The notes below the pieces were generated by a model. The model saw only the letters and a program-made list of their open reading frames with translations, was not told the DNA's origin and did not search any database. A stretch of DNA of 64,000 nt from Klebsormidium nitens (Eukaryota; Plantae; Klebsormidiophyceae). The stretch covers positions 248,001-312,000 of the forward strand of contig DF236963.1 in the NCBI GenBank assembly GCA_000708835.1, given 5' to 3'. This document shows positions 10,801 through 24,300 of the stretch, one piece after another (positions within the stretch are counted from its first letter, which is position 1; every line of letters starts with the position of its first letter). The position numbers and the translations under genes are program-made.

Positions 10801-13800
10801 CAAATGGTAAGAGGAGTGTTGATTAACATGGGAGATAAAACGGCTTCTGGAAAGGCCGCGAACTCCATGAAGTGAGCTGTGCGTTGATTACGTCAGCTCA
10901 GCTTCGCGTTCTTAAGCGCACCCCCATTTTCGCACACTTCTGTGGACGTTCGCAAGGATGAACGACATTGGCCAATGAGAAGGATCGCGAACAGAAGATT
11001 TTTTAGCTTGCTTTTTCTTCAAGACGATAAGAGGCAGATGCTTGTTTCTAGGATTGGGGCAAATCCATCTAGGTACAGTTGGAGAGTCCTGGTAGAGTAT
11101 TTCGATATCAGCTGGAAGAAGCATCCAACCAAAATACTGATGTTCGCTGAAGAACTCAGAACAGGAGGGCTGCAAGGCCTTTTCTCACTTCCCGGATAAG
11201 GAAGCAAGGAACCACGATAATGCGTGAAGAAAGAACCGATTGAGCGTTGTATCGAGATTTGCAGAGTTGGCAATCGTGCAGCTGCCAATTGATCCTCTTC
11301 CTCCGTTCAGTTGACCAGTACAATGAATTTTAGTCCAGCGTAGCAGCATTTACCTTCCGGGGGGATATCAGGGGGGGGCACTTCTTGCAAGATGTCATCG
11401 TCTGCAACGGCCTCGAAGTTGTCCGCCATGTAAGGGTACGTGCCGAAATCTGGGTGTGAATACGGTCTATGTGAGCAAGCTGAAAAATCAAAGCAGCAGA
11501 AGAGTGGATGTGGGATTAGGTTTTTACAAGGGAAACGTACTCCTGCTTTGCCGTGCAGCAGTTTTGGCTACTGCTATCGAACGACAGGATTAGAGAAGCA
11601 ACATGAGAAGCAACATGTGGATTTGACTGACAATCATACAAACTTTCTAGTCGACAGATCAGAACCGTCAGGCTTCGCGCTTTCCTCACCAGACACCCGT
11701 GACAATCACAGGTGCCTCCGGTCAAAGCATGAGGGCAGAGAAAAGACTCAACGCAAGGTTGGAAATTTACGAATTTTGCAATGTACAAGAATTACAAAAG
11801 TTGGCAGCAAGAACTGGATCTAACCTACATCTGTCCTCTGATTGCAATCCCGCAGCCTTATCCGATCCGACACGTGCAGCAAAAGACAAGCTCTTACCTC
11901 CAAAGGTGTCAATCAGCTCTTGCTCGTTTTTGAAGCCGTCCGCCGGGATCGTCACCTTTCTCGTGCCCCCTTCTTTCGTGCGAATCTCAAACTCCTGCTC
12001 TCCCTCCGGCAAATTCACCTGTCCTTCCGCATCCCATCCCTCCATGTCCCTCGATCCCGTCCCGAAACCCCGAAACGCCTCCCACGGCGGCGCCGACTTA
12101 TCATAAGCCGCCGGGTCGAAGTCCGCCGCGTTCGCGGCCTCCAAAACTCTTCCCCGCTGCTCTTCCGAGATATTGAGCGCCTCATTGACCCGATTTGCCG
12201 GGTGGTCTTCGAACGAGTGCTCCGGGGCGTTGGTCTCCTCTTCGGGAAGCCTAGCGAGTTCCGGCGCCGGGGTCGCTAGCGCCTCCAGCGAGAAATCCGG
12301 AAAGCGCCCCGCGGCGTCGTCGTCCATCATCGCGCGCTTGATGGGGTGCGTTTTGGCGTACGCTTCGGGGTCGAAGTTCGGACTGTCCGGATGGAGATGG
12401 TCCAGAAACTTGGGCATCCAGTCGGGGTAGTCCCCCTTCTTTCGCGGCGGTTTCTGCGCGGATTGCCCGTTTGGCGTGCGAGTCGACTCGGGGCTTGATA
12501 AATCAGCGACGGAATCGGGTTTGAAGGGTTCGGAAGCCTCAGGATTTGACGGGTTTGGGGGTGAGCTGGGGTTCCAGGATTCGTCAGCTAACCCGGTTTG
12601 ATCAGGGTTTCGACTGGTCTCGGCGCTGATCAACGGCTGGTCAGACTCTGAGAGGGCATCGGCAGACTTGGGCTGACCAGGATTCGGAGCAGTTGACAGA
12701 GATTCTGCAGCGGGGAGTCGGTCAAATTTTGCTTGTTGGTCCGATTCCGAGGATTTCTCAATAGCCTCGGCTTCACTACCCTCTTCAAGATTTGCTGACG
12801 CCAGCGATTTCGGAGGCGTCAAACCACCCTCCCGTTGGGCCGCAATTGCCTGGTTGAGAAACGAGTTTGCCGGCCGACCAGACGCTGCGCTCGTCCGAGT
12901 GCCAAACAGCGCATCGCTGACGGCCAAGTCCCTTCCCACCGTCACGCTTTCGCGCGCTTTACCCGGCAGTTTCTTCGATGCCCCACTTCCTCCCAAATCG
13001 CTTCCTGCACTCTCCGTCTCCACCAGGTCTCCTTTCGCTTTTACTTCCTCCTTTGCTGGGGCTCCCTTTCGACTCTTCCCCTTCCTTCCTTTCCCCGCCA
13101 TCTCTTCCCCACCTCTCCCCTTCTTCGAAGCTTCCAGAGTTTCGGCCATTGCTTTCGAGATGCCCCCACCACGGCTGGCCCCTTTCTTTGCCCGGCTTTC
13201 CGGCCCCGTGTGCTCGTTAACCGCTCGTTTAACCGCTTCTTCGAGTCCTAACCCGACGTCCAAACCCACTCTCGCCACCTTCTGCCCGAGCCACCCGCCT
13301 CCCGAACTGGACTCTTCCACCCCCCCGGATTCAGGGCTTCCGGCACCCCCCTGGGACGAACTTTCCGGACCGCGCCCCGCTCTCGGCGCCTCAAAAGTGC
13401 TGACCTTAGAATCGGGTCCCGCATCTTGGAACATCCCCAGGCTGGCCGCCATCGATTCTATAGAAGCGTCCCTTAGATCGTCCGAAGAACCAGCAGCGTT
13501 TGGAGAACTAGAGGCGTCGGAAAACGTCCCCCCAGCTGTGGACACCGTCTGGTTTTGCGAAAGGCCGGCGCCCGACGCCGATTGCCCTTTTGAACCAGCT
13601 TCCGAATCTGAGACATTGTCCTGTTTTCCCAAACGCACACCCAAAACCGCCGCAGCTTCCGGACCTAACCCGCCGCCACTGTGCACCCCGTTCCTTTCCT
13701 GGCCACCCCTTGACGCCCCGGGGCCTTCGGCTGACGTAAGTGTCACGTCAGGAGACGCCGATTCCCCCTCTTCTCGGCTTGCCACGTCACCACTCTCGAC

Positions 13801-16800
13801 CCCATCCTCCGTGAACCGTTCTCCGTATCCTAGAGGCCGAGAGAAGCGTTTCTCTGCTAGGACTGGGTCAGCAAACAGGTTGGCGACGTTTTCGGTGCCT
13901 TTGCGGGGCTCCCGGCTGCCGCCGTAGTACTCGTCGTCCATGCACGTGCCAGGCTCCTCGTACCAGGGCAAGGAGTCGTCATCATCGCCTGGTAAATAGG
14001 AAATGAATGAAGAATTAAATAAATAGGATCGTCACCGCGTTCTATCTCTGATTTCTCGGGAATGCAAGGTTGGTGACAGACCCTTCTTTTGGGCGTCGCG
14101 AGCATCTACTTGTAAAGACCGTGCTCCTTGTACCAGAACAGTGGGTCTTCATCATCGCCAACGAAGCATGCATCTTGAAAGTCTGGAATCTGGGGCAGTC
14201 CGTCCCAAATGTCGTCAGCGAATCTCTTTGGAAGCATCAAGTTCCACTGTATCTTAATAAGGCGAAAAGCTCTTATCACCGTTTTAAAGAGCAAGATGAA
14301 GCCTTGACTCCCTTTCTGTAAGTACGATCCGATCACGATACCAGTCAATAATCATTTCTGCATGATTCGACAGAACAAAGATTGAAAGAGGGAGAGTTGA
14401 CTGTGCATTCTTTCAAATACGCGCAAAGCAGGGAGTCAACACGTGTAATTTGGGCCAAAGATGATACAAAGGCGGTTCCAAAAATGTGTTGCAAACAAAG
14501 CTATAAAGTTGACTACGAGAGCTGGGGCTTCGACTCCTCACCCATAAGAGCCTTCCAAAGGTAATCCCAGATGATGGGACGTTCAAGCTGAGTCTTAACA
14601 GCTCTTCTTCATCCTTGAAGCACTTCCGATGCACGTTGATTGTCAAGTTGAAGCAATTGCTGCTGAAATATAGAGTCTTTCCAACATGCTGCTTTGGTGG
14701 AAGAAGAGCATCACGGAACTATAAAGAAGGTCATACAAAAGTCGCCCAAATGAGTAAGATACTTACCGTTCCCTTCCTTTTCTTCCGGCAGAGCCCCTCC
14801 AAACGCAAGGTCTCCAATTGCCTTTTCCGAAATGTCCACCAACCGCTTTAGGCGGTCCAGCAGATCCCCAACCGAGCCCCCCCCAGGAGCAGAAGAATCC
14901 AAGTCCGCAAACTTCTGGTCACCGGTCACGCTGCTGAGCTCATCGATGATGTCGTCGAGCGTCCTCGCCTTGTGCCCATTCGAAGTGGGGCGCTCCTTGC
15001 TGACCTCAGCAGTGACGTCAGCAGCGGAGGACGTCGACTGCTGAGGAATGGGCTCCTTCTCCGGGGGGTTCGTGGTGGGGCCGTTCTGGGCCCCCAGGGC
15101 GCCGAGGTCCAGCGCAGCGCCACCTGTCACCTGAAGCTGTGCGCCACCTGTCGCCAGCTGGCGGTCCAGGGCACGCAGCTCCTCAGGGGACATTGCGAAC
15201 AACCGGCGCAGCGCCTCGCTCTGCAGCTGGGGGGTTTCTCGGAATCGGACGCTCTGGGCGTCCGGATCACCTGACCCGTCCGATTGCACGGTCCCGTTTG
15301 GATACGGGGTTATGTCCGACGGTGAGGGCCCATCCAGATAAGGGGGCCCTTCCAAAAAGGAGGCCCTGTCCGGAGAAGAGGTCCAGTCTGAGGATGAAAG
15401 CGGGGACCGATCCGAAAGTGAGGAGCCCTCGGGGCGGGGAACCCTGTCCGACGTCAACGGTTTGCCCGAAAGGGAGCTTCTCAGAAAGCCTGAGTCAGCC
15501 ACCGATGCTGGTCCCGGGGTCGGAACCTTTCTCTGGTCAAGAGGGGGTCGGAATGAGTTATCTGATCCAGGGGGGGGTGGCACAGGGGGCCATGGGACCT
15601 GCTCGGAAGCCCCCTGAAGAGGCGCTCCTGTGAGGGGGTACACCGGGGCTGCCGGGGGGTGGGGGCTGTGGCGCGGTGGGGGACTGTGATGGGGGGTTGT
15701 CCGTGGGGCCAGTTTAGGGGGGTCGGCCGGAGGTAAAAGGAAGCCTTGGCGCGGGGGGTAGGAATCAGACAGCCAACTGGAGGGTCTTTGCAGGGGGGAT
15801 ACAGGGAGGAGGTTTGGCTGAGGGGATGGAGGGGGGGGGATGCGGGCCTGCAGGACCCGAGGGGGGGGAAGGGGAGGAACAGGGACGCCATTGTTTGGGG
15901 AGGGTTTTATGCCGGGGGTGCTAGTTTCAGACCCCGAAGAGGGAATTGCTGTGGCGGTAGAGGTTGCTTTCTGACCGTCTTGCCTAGGAGCGGCTGCCTC
16001 AGCCTCGCCTGGTCTGGAAACATTTGCCTTGAGATCGCGAGATATGTCCCCCCTTTCGAGACCTTCTGATTGAGGCACCCCCCTAGAAAGTGCCCTCTCA
16101 TTTGAAGCCCCCCGCCCCGATGACTGCGCGCTGCCCTCCCAGAGCTCCCCCCAGTGCTCAAAGTCTGCAGCCGCTTCTCTTTCCCCCCGGAAGCTCTTCT
16201 CGAACCCCCCATTCCCGTACAGAATCTCTTTCAGCTCCTCTTTGCTGACCTCCTCAAAGTAGCGGTCCTCTGGAAAGATCGACTCCTCGGCCCCCTCCCC
16301 CTCACCCCCTGCCAGCATCTCCATCAGTTCAGGGGGCACATCTTGCCCCTGTCCGACCCCCAGGGAAAAGGACGGGGCCTGCCAGAGACCCCGCCCCGGC
16401 CCCAGCGAACTCAGGTTCTCTGGGTTTGGATCTTGGTCGAATTTCGGATCGAAAGAGTCAAACTCCGCATACTCTTGAAGCTGCTCAGTGAAGAGGTCAA
16501 GCTGCCTTTGCGCTTGTTGCATAGCCTGCTCGAGAGCCCTGAGTTGGCCCGCAGACGGGCCATCCGTTGCCTGATCCTCCTGCGAGCTTGCGCTCTGGCT
16601 GGAGTCGGTCTGACTGCCAAGAGAACCTGCCGGAAAAGCAAATATTAATGGTACATTTCTCTTGGCACAGTGGAGGTTTCCTGATCTAGAGTTGTCGATT
16701 TGGATTTATCGAATCAACAGATCTGAAGGTGCAATAGAGTCCATCGAAGCCTTGATCCTTGAACCTCTGCAATCCAAAACGTGCATCATGCTGACAAAAA

Positions 16801-17562
16801 GAAAAGTCTCACTGTCCACAGAGCATAGAAGATAAAAGCCCTGTACATCATTCCACCAGGATAATGAATCAGACACGTTACGATCAGAAGCAGGAATCAA
16901 GGAAGCAACCGCAACGACCAGTTGTTTCAATGCAGTATATTGCAGAAAGTGAGAGTCGCTGAGTAGCTTTGCTAAATGGCGGCTGAGATACCAGTTCATC
17001 AGGTGTCTGCAGCGTTGTTGCACTTTTCAACAGGAGTGATGGGACAGTCACCCGATCATAGAACCTGTTATTACGAACTATGCTTTGTACTGCTGCTTAG
17101 CCAGCATTGTTTCCTATAGGAGTGGGCCGTTTCAAGTGGTGGCACAGATTCTTGATGCACAACCTTGCTGAAAGGGAAAGCAGACTTATCATGCTTAAAA
17201 GGAGGCATGGAATGTGCACCTTGCTCTCCAATCGCATCAGATCTTGACGCCCCTTCATTCGCACTGGCTGCCTGTCGCTGCCGATCTGACTCTTTCCCCT
17301 GCTGGGCGAACACACCTGAGCGGGGGGCAGGCCGGAGCTTAGGTCCGCTTAATTGACCTTGCCCCTCACACAAGTGCCTTCGAAAGACCAGTCCGCATTT
17401 TCTAGCCCAAGTGCACCCGTTCCGCAGCCCCTGTTTGAAGAGAACACTGGTTGCAGGCGTGGAAGCATTGCAACTCTGCATCCCACACATCAACAATGCC
17501 GAGCCTTGTCTGCAGGGACCAGACGAGCGGATCGCAGACCATGGCTGCATTGCGGAAGCCAT
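7872..17562 (-). CDS. Very large (~1,700 aa) multi-exon low-complexity protein of unknown function, probable organelle (plastid) transit peptide
   Basis: Phase-compatible exons 17562-17358 (MASAMQPWSAIRSSG..., transit-peptide-like), 17315-17220, 16626-14767, 13988-11829 and ~11450-11352 (FGTYPYMADNF). Less certain exons at ~10692-10537 (KGLVNSFVTFED, RNP1-like), ~9848-9757, 8709-~8440 and ~7995-7872 (FEMDEAGKITSVYSTWE, NTF2-like strand pattern). The 3' exon chain is tentative. Confidence 0.6.
8655..8770 (-). repeat. Duplicated splice acceptor + exon start (55-nt period)
   Basis: Minus strand: ctgcag|GGAAGTGGTGGGTTTACACAACTCTGACGGTAACCCGGC (starts 8764) followed by ctgcag|GGACCCGGTGGGTTTACACAACCATGACGATAACCCTGC (real exon, starts 8709). 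Confidence 0.85.
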
Positions 17563-18361
17563 GCTGATCGCCTTATTCCCGCCTCAGCTCGACAGCGGCT
17601 AAGGATCCTCGCACCCTGTACCGTATCCTGCCGCTGCAGATCAGTGCACTGCGGCAGCCACCACTGGAAAATGTGGCGCACAATCTGCGCTGCATGCATT
17701 GCAATTTGCAGGCGCAGGCTGCAGCTTTTCCTGCTTGCGAAATGCTGACTAGGCTCGGATCTAAAGTGATACTGGCCCGGTAACGTTCTAAACAACTTCC
17801 GGCTTTGTCAAGTTGCATTCCGCCGTTACCAGGAGATTAGTAGGGTTCCGTCAAGCTGGCCGTCAAGGGGGCGGCTTTCGCCATGGCGGCAGCTCGTGAT
17901 TCTGCCAGCCTTGTTCCTCAGCTCGTCAAAGCTTTTTCTTACGCCATGGCGCTGACAACCGGCCGTAATTTGAACTCTCTTCCTTGGAACGTGCAACAAA
18001 CATTGGCCCTGCCGCGCATTCAGATAGCTGCTCCTCTTTTGGCAGCTGTCCACAGACGGTTTGACTCTAGGAGCTTGCAAGACGCTTTCTACATTGTCTA
18101 GCTGGAGCTAACTTTGAAACGGCCCCCTGCTTCAGTCTGGGCATTGGGTTTGCTCAATTGCCACTCGACCAATGGATGCCTCAATTGAGCGCAGTTGACC
18201 CTGGCACAACTTTAGCGCGCTTATGCAATCCGAGCATCCAAACAAGTACCCCCGAAGGGATCAAAAGACAGGTGCAGAGCTGAGGGCCAACTGAAAAGCA
18301 AGGTTTGAAGGCCACTGCCAGTTGTTCGATGGCTCCGCTTGTAAGGAAGGGAGACTTCCTG

Positions 18362-21300
18362 ATGCAAGCGGAGTGCAAGCTGGGGGACAGCAGCGGGGGC
18401 AAGGTCGATGTGCCTTCCACATGGCGGGCATCTGTACGAGTCACAGAGGGAGGGGCTCAGACGGAGGTGATAGAAATGAGCTCCAATGCAACGCAGAGCT
18501 GCATCAGCGAGGATGCAGAAGTGAGCATACTTTGATGCTTTTGAGAGGAGCCTTTTGCATCCTCTCAAATGAAACAGGTGTGAAACTTTTCACGATAGGC
18601 CCCAAAAAGAATCTGGACCAGTGCTGAGCTCTGACATGATGAAGGTTCAAGAGCATGTCAGACCGCTTGGCCGCATGCATAGACAGGTCTTTGAGGAGTT
18701 GACATTGGACGATAACGTACTCAGGCCCCCACCTTTCTACTTGAATAAACAAGTGGTGCTGCCTCACGCTTCCTGTTCGCATCCCCAATGCCAAGAGAGT
18801 CAATCAACTCACAAGCACATCAAGAATGCCTAGCATCAACAATTGGTGTGCATTATTCGTCACAACTCCAGGAATCGACTCTCGATGCCCACGTCTTCTC
18901 CAAGCAACTAGATACTGCACACTTTTAGGAGGGGCCTTCCCGCCGCGGTAACTAAGCAGGGCACTCAATCAAGCGGGGCATGCCAGGACATCCTATTTCC
19001 ACGACAGTTCACTGCCAAGTTGTCTTACAAAGCTCCCTACAACCGTTGACAGGTCCAGACAGACAACGTGCACGTCTCACCAACAGAGACGAACTCAAGC
19101 TCAGCCGCCACAGGCGCAGCATCTGTGTTCGAGGCAACCACTTCTCCAATCGAAGGGGAAGAAAGCCGAGGTTAGTTTGCAATTTGTGGGTTTCGACCAA
19201 CCAAGGGAAGACCTACTCGAGTCTGCTCAGTGCTGAACCACCGTTCATTTCTCTTACCATCTTGCCCTCGAGCTGCTGTTCACCAAACGAGGCCAACGAG
19301 GAATCCTCCTCGGCTCTTCACCTGTTCGCAGATATTGGGCTGGTGGCGCCGACCTCTTGTTGTATTCACAGCGGCCCTCTTTCGGAATTCTTTGGTTCGG
19401 CCTTTCCTCTTCTTCCAAATTCTTTGCCTGTGGAAGGCAGCCATCTTACTTCACCAGTCGTCCTGCTCTTCTAGTGCTTAGGCCTCCTCTTCCCATAATG
19501 TGTCCAATATCGGACTTGGGGACGGTAACCAGCCTCGAAACAAGGTTGATCACCGGTTACTTGTCCATTAACCTGAGACTGAAGTCTCGTAACCAGCCTG
19601 GTTAGCAGCCAAAGTGTTCTGTGTCCGATGATGTACAACGCGCGTCGATCATCCAGTTTATCAGCCCGCTCGCAAGTACACGGCTCATCATTCAGAAATG
19701 GGATAAACTCTTTCACTACAAACGTTTGATATTGGTCGGGCCTTGTGTAGGCTCGCTTGAGGTCCGTGGCTCAACCGCCGGCGTTTCATAGAGATCGTAA
19801 CGGAGGACTCTTTTTTAAAGGGACGAAACATCAAATCGAATCAACAGAGCCTTGAACAACACCACTGACCTTCCAAAGTATCGTTCCGATCGACCCGTGT
19901 GACTTTCAAATGGAGCTAAGATAGCTGATCTCGAACCTGTTTACACGAAGCAAAAAGCACAAACCATTCCTTCACCTACTATTTGAAATCCTATCTTCAT
20001 TTGAAATCAAAGAACTCTAAACAACACCACTGACATTCCGAATCATCCCCCCATCAACCCGTATGTCCTCCTCTCTGCAGAAGCTCACTCTCCCGCTGCC
20101 GCAGCAGACACAACGGTGACTCTCTCTCTCGAGCTGCGCTCTCCCTTCATTTCCCCCGCCACTAGTTCCGGGCCTCCTAGTACGTCTGCCGTTTCTGACG
20201 GGTTCGCAGGCCTCGTTGTAACCGGGATTGCGTGGAACGCTACTGGAAACGTCGTAGCCGTCAGGTAAGGGGCGAAGCACTAGGTTAGATTCAAATATCA
20301 CTGTTTTTGTTAGTTGTTTTTGTGTCTCCGCTTCCTTGGTTACTTCGTTTCGTCGTTCTTCGTTCTTTTCTCTGCTGTAGGAGTTCCTATCGTTCTCGTT
20401 CTCGTTTGCTCGTTCTCGATTTTTCATGCAATCCGCTTTCGTTGGAGCTGGATCGTGATGCGATTGCGCTCCTTGATTGTTTCTACCATTTTAGGCGGCT
20501 GAACGTCTAGGGCTGGTGCTAGCTTGGTGCGGTTGTTTGTGCGATATAATTTGCAGCACACTCGTGTTCTGAATGCGGTCCTCGGGTTTTTCCCGGAAGT
20601 TACGGGCGGCTGGACGTCCGTGGCTGGTGGCACTTTGTTTGGGTGTTTGTGCAATAAGCTACCATTGCAGCCTAAATCGTGGTGTGAATGCGCTCCTTGG
20701 CTAGTTTTGTAGCTGCGGGCGGCTGGACGTCCGTGGCTGGTGCCACTCTGATCCGGTTCTTTGTGCAATACGCTCTATGATCCTACTGTGAATGCGCTCC
20801 TCGGTTCCATTCGCAGTTACGGACGGCTGGACGTCCGTGGCTGGTGCCATGCTCCGGGGGCGCTGTGCACCTGGAACGTGGGGAGAAGGGGCACCCGGGG
20901 AAGGGGCACCCGGGGGAAAGCGCCAAGCGGATTCGGAACGGACGGAACCGGAACGGATGCATTGAAACCAGATACGGTGATCCAACTCGATGTGAGTGCT
21001 GAGCAAGATAAGAGACCCTTGAAGAGGATCCGTCGATCTGGAAAGCTCGGGCAAGCGCTCTCAATGTATGTTGAAGTGAAGGCTTGAAAGCACGACTTTT
21101 CAGGACTCGAGCATGATGGTTCAAAACTGTCTACTCCCGAAGGCAGCGAAAAAAAGTGGTCGTCCGTTTGTGCTGAGTGTTAAGATTTGATATGGAAACA
21201 CCTGTCGGGTCAAGGATCAGGCGCAAACGCCTCTACTCTTTCCTTCTGACAAATAGCTTTTGCCAAATATGTTGTGCAAGGACGCCGTTCGAACCTGTCC

Positions 21301-24300
21301 AAGCTCCGCAACATATACAAAAAGCCACTCACCAGTAGAGAGCAAATATAAATTATGGTCACGCTCGCTGCAAATGCTCGTTCACGAGGCGAAGATCACA
21401 GCGAACATCTTATTGAAGAGTGCTTTTAGAAAGCTGTCGAGCCTTGAAGCTACCTCTTGGCTCGTTCTCATGTCCTCGTGAAAGGACATGTTCGCTATGG
21501 TCGGATGCGTGCTTTTTCGCGAGCCTCTTTGTGCACAGCCCTCCAGTTCTGACGTCACACCCCCGGTCTGCAGAACTGCCTGATGGCCGTCGCGTTTCAC
21601 CCGACGCACCCCGCACTGATCGCAGGGGGGACTTTCAACGGTGAGCAGCGAACGCCGTCTTTCATGTACGGCTGCGAACGATGCTTGTAGCTCTGCAAAA
21701 TCCAACAATCAAAGCCCCACGTATGTTTGTAACAGCCTCACTTGAAGCTAACGACTTCGCTTTTCCAATGAGTGTCCTTGCACCTCGGGTGTTAAAGCCG
21801 CGCCGATTTTATGTTTCCGATAGGCGTCCCTTCGGCCGGGTAGCAGAACGGAAGACTTTATGTATCGTCAGGGGGCTAAAGACATTGTTGCGTGTCGTGA
21901 TTCGCCATTTTGGTGGGCAGGACTCCAAACTGAGCAAGACTATATCTGGGTCTGGCCCACGAAAGAATGTCATTGAGAGGACAAAGCAAGAGCTAAGTGC
22001 CTGTTTCTGCAGGCGAAATCTACCTGTGGGATCTGGGTCGAGAAGACCCCCAAAGAGCCAAGTCCAGGATCACAGACTTCAGCCACCGAGAGCCAATCAC
22101 GCAGGTACGCTGGCGACACCCGGCGCTTAACGTACGCCAATTGAAGTCAAACTCGGCAACCGCTATGTCTTCTCCTGCTTTGTATTGACGTATTCGTGAA
22201 CAGCCGCAGATTAACTGTATTCTGAGGAGGCTTGTCTACAGTGTTTCTGGGCGAGAGTCACGTGCGCTTTCGACCGCCAACCTCGAATTGTACGCGGAAT
22301 GGAGGACAATGAGGGAGGGCGACTGATCGATGCGTCTCTATCTTGCAGTTGAGCTGGCAGTACAACACGCACGATGCGTTCACGCACATAGGCCAAGAGC
22401 ACGCTTACCAGGTGAGAGACCCGGACTGGGCTTGACGAAGTCTGGTTGAGATGCTCTTCACGTGCTTATTGCCATCTGCTGCAGACTTCGCTTGACAGTG
22501 GTTAAAACGTTGGTTACGCTGGTTGATTACGTTGGGTACCTTGGTTGGTTAAGTTCCGTTGATTACGAGGATGCCAGTTTCGCCAAATCTCGGCGATAAA
22601 CAAGGCCGTCGGGGTCGCATGGTCCTGAGGCTGAGCTCAAGTGGAACCGGCTGGATAGTGGCAAATATTCTTGCTTGCGGAATGGAGGCACGTGAAAGAA
22701 AACGGAACAAGAGACGGGAGCTTCACAGTGCGTTTACGTTTGAAAATATGCTCGACGGGAATGTGTCGCTTGAACGGCTCAAAAGCTGTTCTTGCTCAAG
22801 CACCCTGGATAGATAGGAGACAGAAATAGGAGCCAGAAATAGGATTTGTCATTATTCTTTGGTAGACGCTCAAGGCCACTGCAGTATGAAAAGCACAGCA
22901 AAGTCAAGCCATGGATGACCCTTTTTGTAGAGTCCTTAGAAAGCGACGCTTGCTTTCGAGAACCAGAAGCGTTATTGGACCGTTAGATCCCTAACCGCCG
23001 ATTAGAATTGAAACCAGTCGCCCCAACGCGAATTCGGGGTCAAATAAAATGCGGACCGTCAAACTTTTGTTGGGTTCCAGATTACGGATCAACCGGTTGA
23101 GAAAGAAGGCCAACCGGTACCCCAAAGGACACGAGACTCCTGTCAACCATCGAATCTGTGTACAACGCGTCCCCTACAGGGAGGGGCTCTTCGCTTCCGG
23201 GATGGAATAGAACAAAGGTAAAACTAGTTCGTGCCGCTGAAAATGGCACCTTGACACAATTGAGTGCTTACGCTCGTCTTTCGCAGATTGTGTCAACGAG
23301 TACGGATGGGAAGGTGCTCGTCTGGTCGATCGCCAAGTTGGACGACCCTGTCTACGGGTAAGGACAAGTTCTAATGCCTGTGGGCGTTCTTAAAATCTCT
23401 AAGAACTCGAGATCCTTTCCTGGCAGTCTTTACTAGGTTCCATCATTGAGTGAGAATGTGGAGCTGTCGGCCGGCAGGGGTCTCGTCGCTCATGTGGAAG
23501 ACGAGATGGAGGAAGTCGACAACACACGCGTTCAAGGTTGGCACCGAGGAGTTTGCTTTTGCCAGTAAAATTGTGTGTGCTGATCTGCCAAATTTGTTTC
23601 GCTTTTCTGCGTAAGATTCGCCGTTTAAATACAACAATCGCAATGTACAAGCGGTAACAATCATTTTCCAGTGAAAGCCATTCTCGGTGGTCTTCTTCCG
23701 GAGGATACTTGACTTAAATCACACCGCATTTGAGCGCCCCCGCTGAATTCACCATCGGACAATCTCTACCAGTAATATGAATGTACCCGATGCCAGTGTG
23801 ATCATGTTTCCATTCTCACTTGTTCCCAAAGCGCGTTTTTGAGGGCCGCTTTCACACGACGAAGAATTCGCAGAACGTAGATCCAAGTTTGACCCCCAAG
23901 GGTTACACCTTAGACCATTTTTGTATACTGGGACGAGATCACGAGGCTCTCCTTTTGTATCCAGGTACGAGTTGACACACGCGCGGCAAGGACAGAAGGA
24001 ATTGCTCTGGGGAGGTAAGCAGAATGACAAAGCCCGACAGAGATTTGAGCGATCAAAGCCTCACCAATTGAGGATTACTAACAAAGGCCAGAGTAACTGA
24101 GATAAATTTGTCCATTGCGTAGAGCCATTTATCCCTACTTATCGAAAGCCACATACGAAAACGCACCCCATTTGGTGGTACAATCTGTACCTGCTTATGA
24201 TAGATGCAAGCACGACAATCCAGTCGAAGTCTTCTGCTGTTGCGTCCAGCTCTTCCAACTCCACTTTTCACGCGCTTCCTGGCACTGCCTCCTGCAGCCA

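Noticed and set aside
14106-14348. ORF as an independent gene or obligatory exon
   Set aside because: Exon 14767 joins 13988 in phase without it, and its best part is a diverged copy of the 13988 exon start. It is kept only as a possible echo.
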